Positions 57,024 through 64,000 of a stretch of 64,000 bases of DNA are shown in pieces (position 1 is the stretch's first letter; every line of letters starts with the position of its first letter). The notes beneath the pieces were generated by a model that saw nothing but the letters and a program-made list of their open reading frames with translations, did no database searches and had not been told where the DNA came from. The translations under genes were made by a program, and so were the position numbers. The DNA lies in NCBI GenBank assembly GCA_964016885.1, contig OZ024757.1:24118001-24182000 (forward strand), written 5' to 3'. The stretch comes from Eledone cirrhosa. Lineage: Eukaryota.

Positions 57024-58407
57024 AGGCGGTAAAATTCCCGAGATCCATGGACGAGTTCTCTCCAGCGGTCTCTGTCCCTCATTATCGCTGCCATGTCCTG
57101 CGTCTCCAACAGACCAGTGTCTGTCCTTAGGGCATCAACATACGTTAACCTTGATTACATAAGGCGTTAAAATGTTGGATAGAATGCGTTGTGGTATTTG
57201 TTTCGCCTCTCTACGCTCTGAGTTCAATTTCTCCATAGTCAACTTTGCATTTCATCCTTTCCAGGTCGATCAAAAAAGTACCAGACTAGTACTTGGGTTG
57301 GCTCTTCCTCTATAACTTTTTTTACTTCCTCTCTATTACACACTCTCTCACCATCGCTATCTCTCTCTCACTCTCTCTCTCTCACCATCTCTCTCTCGCT
57401 CTCTCTCTCTCTCTCGCTCACCATCTCTCTCTCTCTCTATGGAAGAAATCAGCTGTGTTCATACGTAGGAAACGCCGTGTGACACTACAGCTTTTTCAGG
57501 AATCCATGCATACATCATATATATTGTGCTACTGAATTCAACAAACCACCCGAACAAAAGAAATAGAGCGAAGAATATTTGGAAGAAAATTCTTGTGAAT
57601 ATATTTGCAGTGATAGAAAATAGATTGGCACTGGTTTTGAATAATATTCTAAAACCTCTAAACACAGTTTAATTCCTTCCTTTATATCATACTTGCAGAT
57701 AGACAAATCATAAGCCATGATAACAACCAAAGTAATCTAATTTAATAACGAAATTACTTTCAATTAACTTGTTCTGAAAATTCAAACTAGAGTGACCCAC
57801 AACTACGTTACACCATGAAAATATCAATATTTAAAATTTACAAACTACCATTGTGCATATCAGACTTAAATGCAGCATTTGTAATGATATTGAAATAACT
57901 TTTATCTAGAAAGAAGTTACTAATTCTAATGGATTCCTATAATATGCCTATCTGATATGTATATTCCCTTTCAAAGAGATGGTTATCCACAAGAACAAAC
58001 TCCATGACTTTTACTGGCTCTTTCAGTACATCTCTCTCGTCATTCTGTCAGTTGAGACCATGAGACAGCAACAATAAAATAGATACAATTCATAATGTAA
58101 AGGAGACATTCGCTTATATTGATAGTAAGAATGGACCCAGTTCGACAATGTAGACCAAGAAAATATCTTGTACTTTGTAGAACTTTCAGGAATGTTGACA
58201 CCCTAGGACGTTAAGAACTAGATGCTTAACGTTTAAAGGTAGAATGTGGAAAGAGAGAACCAAACGTAAGTCAGGGTGATTTTATAAGAGAAAGAAAGGG
58301 ACGAAACTCAGTTTAGGTCTTTGTGAACGACGATTATGATGTGTAGAAGGCTTAATAGATAGAATAAAGAAGCTGAAAATCAAATGTAAACAACATATTT
58401 CACTTAC

Positions 58408-58853
58408 TGTTCACGCAGATCTTCAACTTCTTCTTCAAGCCCTTCATTGCGGGAGTTTGCTTCTGCAAGTTGCTTATCCTTCTCTTCTAGCAGCCTTTTC
58501 AAATCATCCAGCTGCTCATCATACGCTCTCTTAATTATCTCAACGTTAAATTCAACCTTGGATTTACTTAAGAGTTCTTTAAGATGTCTGTTCTCAGCCT
58601 CCAAGTAACGTGTTTTTTCAAGGTGATTGGCAAGCTTACAATTCAAACCTTGCATTTCATGCTTTTCTCTGTCATTGCAAGATTTTATATTGGCAACACT
58701 TTGCTGGGACGATGTGGCCGCCACCCCAGCATGTAAACTCAATGGTGCGCTTCCCATGGAATAAGAATGTGCCCCTGTTGATCTCCTCGGATTTCCTAGA
58801 CGAACAGATGGTTGTCTCGATTTCCGTCGACTACTTATGTTTATAGAAGACAT
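58408..58853 (-). CDS. Cytoplasmic IF gene, copy B, exon 1 (head, coil 1A, start of coil 1B)
   Basis: ATG at 58853; Ser/Arg-rich head then REKHEMQGLNCKLANHLEKTRYLEAEN (IF coil 1A); donor CA|gtaagt at 58407; 446 nt, phase 2. Confidence 0.95.
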
Positions 58854-59028
58854 TTTCGTAGTTGTTCTTTAAGCACTTGACGTCAAATAAAATACCAGAA
58901 TGGGATGAAGTACGGTTCACTTTCTTGGAAATGAACTGAACACTGGAGAAAAATTACCAGAGAAAGATCTTACACCTGAACAAGTTTCCCGACACTGCTA
59001 AGTGGCCAATAAGAAGGCGTTACCTTCC

Positions 59029-59037
59029 TTATATATA
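59029..59037 (-). promoter_or_regulatory. TATA box of IF copy B
   Basis: TATATATAAGG ~180 nt upstream of the ATG in non-repetitive context; identical in copy A. Confidence 0.7.
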
Positions 59038-60399
59038 CCAACGAAGGGTTGTAGTGAGAGGTCCAGAAAGTGAGATGGAATGATTGAGTAAAAGAGTCTA
59101 GAGCGGTGGAGAGAGAGAGAGTGAGAGAGAGATCAAGTATCAGAAAAAGTAAGAGTAACGTGGGAGTGGGGTATGTATTTTATACAATATAACAACAAAA
59201 ATTATTCCATTCATTTTCCTCTTAAAAAGAAAAAAAGAGACACCATTTAAAGAAAGTGGCACATCATGCTTCAGTGAACATTACGAATGAGCTCAGTATA
59301 TTGTTAAGACAGCACCCACCTACGTTCACATGTTGCTAGCTAAGGATGCCGACATGCAGATCATATTTGTTGCTTAGATTCGCCTACAAACAATTCAAAG
59401 TTTCCTTTTGTAAAAATATATATTTATTTATCTATTCATTCGTCACACCATAATTTCTCGTCGTTAAATAATCTTTTGTCAAGACAGTTTAACTTGACAA
59501 ACAACGTCGCCTGGCCGTATTTTATTATAGTCACGTCTCTCAATGGTTTGAGTTCAAATCCCTCCAAGGCTCAATATTATCGTTCGTTGTTCCGACCATG
59601 AAGAAATAATTGTTTCTACTTTAGGTACGAGGCAAGCAATTATCCCAGTGCATTACTGGTACTTTATTTTATCGACCCCGTAAGGATGAAAGGCAAAGTT
59701 AACCTCGGCGGGATTTGAACTCAGATCGTAAAGGGGCGTAACTATGCTGGAAAGCATGGCGTCCGACCCTCTACCGATAATGAAATACAGCCACCAGTCG
59801 GAGTTTTCACACCATCGCTGTCACTCTCTATTTGAGGTTATCTGCGTGGAGTATCTTCTGTTGAAAATATGGAAGCCAGGAAGGCGTGTTAAAGAAAACT
59901 TCCTCATAAAACTATCCTGCTTCATCCGAATGAATATGCACCACCAACACAACCTCCGCCAGTGAAACCACTGTCCTCACCACCGCCGCCACAACCGACC
60001 TCCTCCTCCACATTCCTTACAAGCTGCTGGTCTTGTGTCACATGTAGAAACAATTATTACTTTTGCCAAAAGCGGTAAATTGGCTGGATTACTTGAGCAT
60101 CGGTATATATTCCACATTGCGGTGAATTAGCAGTCATTAGAACGTCGGATAGAATGCTTTGTGGTATTTGTTTCGGCTCTCTGCTCTCTTAGTTCAAATA
60201 CCGCCGAGGTCAACTTTGCCTTTCATCCATTCGATAAAAAAAAGTACCGGTTTACTACTGGGGTCTATTTTTCCTCTATTTTGTATTCGTAATTGAATTT
60301 TTCATTTTCGTGGGTCTGCGAAAGTACCAGATTGATGACTGGCGCGAATAAGACCGTCAAAACTGTAATATGGAAAGAGATACGAAAGAGAACCATACC

Positions 60400-63100
60400 G
60401 CATCGTCCTTCGTGTGGGTTATCAAGGGTTGCGTTCAGGACTTAGGTAGCGGGACCAATTCGAAAAATATACCGCAAAAACTGGCGATGGTCCTGCGACC
60501 TGTCCTGGGAGGTATGGGATGGACGGACGAAGATTGCGTAGCTCGAGACCACAAAGAGGGTTCGGAAGTGAGCAAACCTTGACAACTGAAACCTGGAACA
60601 TCGCAACTCCTTAAGGAGCAGAAACTAGTGGAGTGAAGATGCTACCGGCTAGATATAGTCGGTGTTTCCTCAACAAAGCTCCGTGGCTCTGATACTGTAG
60701 ATTTGGATGGAGGATGGAAACTCCACTATTCAGGTTTGGTACCAGAATTGACTGCACAGGTGGGAGTGGGGATACTCACAAGGCCCCGGCTATCAGAATG
60801 CGTTATGAACTGGATCCCATTAGGTGGGAGGATTTGCCTTTTGAAACTTAGGTTGAGAAATAGGTCTGTGGGTGGTACAAGTTTATTCACCAAACAAGGA
60901 GTCCCAATACAGATCCTTCCTTTATGAAGTCACTGCTGCATTAGATGTAGTTAAGACTACAGAGTCATATCTCCTGATGAGAGTCTTCAATGCACATGTT
61001 GGCACTGATCACCTGACATGGAAAAGAGTGATTGGAAGGTAGGGCGACCCCAATCTAAATACGAATGGAGAAGCCTTATTAGACTTCTGTTCTAGCAATG
61101 GACTCACTGTTATGAACATCTTCTTCCAGTACAAACACTTCCATAAATATAATGGTATAAAGGGAATCAGGGTCAGAGATCAATAATTGATTTTGTTTTT
61201 GTCTCTGATCTCTTCGATTCTGTTTTGGACGTTCGTGTTAAGACAGGGGCTGAGCTATCAACTGATCACAATATAGTTATCTGTAACTTAGATTACCTAA
61301 AGCCAAAGAAGCTCACAAGACCTACAGGATAAAGTGTGAAGCGTTGGTGGATGAGGAAGTCAGAACCAGAAATGCAGATACTATTTATTACATTGAAATT
61401 CAGAGAACTCCCTGAGAAAACTGAAGGCGTTGAGACATAGTGGAAATTGTTCGACTCAGTAGTTTCTGCTTCAGCTGTTAATTGCTGCGGGCGAAATAGG
61501 TTTGGTGTGGCGCCGGATGGCAGGAAGACTACTTGGTTCAATCAAGAGTTCAAAGACGCCATCCGAGCAAAGAAGGAGACTTACAAAGCTGACAGTACAA
61601 GCTGGCACGAAGAACCGCAGCAGAGTCAGTAAAGGCGTCCAAAGTTCAGGCTTGGGAGGACTTTGGGGTTAAGCTAGAATCTGATTTCAGATCAGCAAGT
61701 AAAGTGTTCTGACAGATCATCCACCGACTTCGTAATACGAAGTCCACCTGCTATCAGGAACGCATGCAGGTTTCTCCTCTCTTCAGAGAAGTGCATCCTC
61801 GCGAAGTGGAGTAAATACTTTACTGATCTCCTAAACCCTATCAGGACAACATCTTCTGAAGTACATGAGGTGCATCTGAAAGCGGTGACTAATTTCTCTG
61901 ATGCTGAAGTCACAAGAGTAGTTAAAGAGCTCATATGTGGCAAGGCCGTCGGGGAAGATGAAATCCTACTAGATATGTTAAAAGCCTTAAATAGAGAAGG
62001 TATTCTTTGGCTGACTCGTGTGTGCCGGGTGGCCTGGATCTCTGGAATGGTACCTAAGCAATGGCGATCAGGATTGATAAAGCCAATTTTCCGAGAGATT
62101 GTTCCAATTACAGAGGGATCTCCTTGTTAAGCCTCCCTGGTAAGGTCTATGCTAAGTATCTGGCAAAGAGATACAAGGACATTGTCGTGTACAAGCAAGC
62201 TGATGAATAGTGTGGTTTTCCCCCTGTACACAGCACAGCTGACCAAATATTCACACTACAGCAGGTATTCTAGAAATCGTGGGAGTATTGCCAAGAAGTA
62301 TATTTTTGTTTTGTCGACCTTCAAAAGCATATGACCGCGTTCCTCGGGACCTGCTGTGGAAGGTTATGTAAGAGTATGAGATCAATGGTCAGCTTCTTGT
62401 TGCTGTGATGCCCGAGTATTTGTATTTGCAGACGACATGGTGTTACTTAACTCGACAGAAGGTGATCTCCGACTTTCACTCGATAGGTTTGATGCCAAGG
62501 GCTGCATGACTGGAAGGAAAATCAGTGCTGCGAAAACTGAGACATTTATCCTCTCAAGGAAGCCTGCGTAGTGCACTCTACTTATAAATGAAGTTCCACT
62601 GAAGCAGATGGAGAGGTTCAAATCTCTGTGGACCGTGTTGACGAGTGATGGAAGGCAGGAAGCCAAATTAAGTGTAAGAATTGTAGGAGCTGGGGCAGTA
62701 ACGCGTCACCTTCAGCATTCTGTAATCAGAAGACGGGAGGTAGGTGTTAAAGCCAAACTCGCTGTCTTCAATTCGGTATTCGTGCCAAACCTAACCTGTA
62801 GCCATGCATCTTGGGAAATGTTTGAAAGAATTCGATCGCGAATACAAGCGGCCGAAATGGAGTTCCTCCAAATGGTGTTTAGAGTAACATTACTCGATTT
62901 AATGTGTGGCTCGGAGATCAGAGAGTCACTCCAGCTAGAGCCGGTAATTCTCTGAATTGAGAGATCACGGCTTGTCTGGTCTCGCTTGGGGATTCAGTCA
63001 TATCAGTTGGAGACGGTTGCTTCTGACAGGACAAGCTGGAAGAAGTGTTTGAGCACTCTGCCCTATGAGCCTCTCAGGAATAAGTGGGTGAAGCAGAAGG
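60400..63100 (+). mobile_element. Near full-length degenerate RTE LINE between IF copies C and B
   Basis: TWNI, RLDIVGVSSTKLRGS, GWKLHYSG, STDH endonuclease motifs; NYRGISLLS, FVDL.KAYDRV, FADD RT motifs; many stops and frameshifts. Confidence 0.85.
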
Positions 63101-63852
63101 AGATATGTATAGAAGATTTTCTTTAAATACACATCCGTGCATTTCCACTCGAGTGAGTACAAATAGAGGAAGAGAGAGAAAACAACATAGTTATGTATTT
63201 ATATTTTTATTGCCCTTTTTTTTATACAATTCAAAGAAAAAAACATTAGGAAACGTATTTCAATGTAATAAATGAACACATAATGCACTCTTAACTGCTA
63301 GAAAACTTAATCATATATCGAAAATATTGCTGCCTATGTTTCTGGATTTTCTACTTCATAGATTTGCTATACGTATATCTTTGTGTGATTATATATAGCA
63401 CACATACCAGTCTAACATGTTAAGGAGCAACATTTAGCAGAGAGCAGTCATGTTGTTGTCTTATCTCGATTCCTATATAAGCAGCCATTATGGACACCAT
63501 GGTTACAAGTTATATCAAGCGAAAGCGTTTTTTAATATTTTATAATGAATCGTGTAGCAATGGCCCAGAAAAACATATAGCACTGAAAACTGAATGCAAT
63601 CTTGTTCCTTATAATTCTTGCCTTAAATTTAAGAGAAATGCGTAACGTTTTTTTAAAAACATTTAAGTTAAATTTTTCAGAAGATTTCTTTAAAATTATG
63701 ATTTTACGGGAAGTGTAAGTATTACTAATGTTATTTTTATGAAGCAATTTTATTATCAAAAAAGCTACGTTCTGAAACTTGGTGTTAACTTCAACAAACC
63801 AATGGATACTTCTCAGTGGAGAAAGAGGGCACACAATTTCACAGGTCAATCT

Positions 63853-63885
63853 TTAGTTCAGTTTGATGTTAAGGACAGCGATTTC
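63853..63885 (-). CDS. IF paralog copy C, last exon coding part (EIAVLNIKLN*); 3'UTR to ~63180
   Basis: ttccag|GAA ATC GCT GTC CTT AAC ATC AAA CTG AAC TAA; 63177-64000 aligns with 26231-27060. Confidence 0.88.
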   Translation of the reverse strand, partial: EIAVLNIKLN

Positions 63886-64000
63886 CTGGAAAATGTATAT
63901 TAAGAATCGAATAAGAAATACTGAGATCGATTAAGGTATTTGTGTGACAATAAGGTTTTCCAGCTTGTATTAAACTATTAACAGTCATACAGCGTGATTC

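Overview
Eukaryotic, AT-rich genomic DNA full of (TA)n microsatellites. The tRNA-derived SINEs, LINE types and gene structure point to an invertebrate, probably an octopod cephalopod (inference). The main gene is a complete 11-exon minus-strand gene (CDS 58853->26907, 563 aa as spliced by hand; all junctions GT-AG and in phase). It encodes a protostome long-type cytoplasmic intermediate filament (IF) protein with a lamin-tail domain and no CaaX. It sits in a head-to-tail array of at least three paralogs: the last exon and 3'UTR of an upstream copy (~63.2-64 kb) and exon 1 plus promoter of a downstream copy (6876-7321). The copies are near-identical in promoter, intron 1 and rod-coding sequence, but differ almost only by amino-acid-changing substitutions in the first 41 codons and in two C-terminal codons. 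The rest is transposon debris: RTE and CR1-group LINEs, Penelope-like elements (PLEs), SINEs, Helitron-like elements and minisatellites. At least nine type-I hammerhead ribozyme motifs with intact cores are present, plus several degenerate ones. Several lie in or next to fold-back palindromes inside (TA)n tracts, and three lie in the sense strand of IF intron 2. Most ORFs in the supplied track (IYIY...) are microsatellite artefacts.
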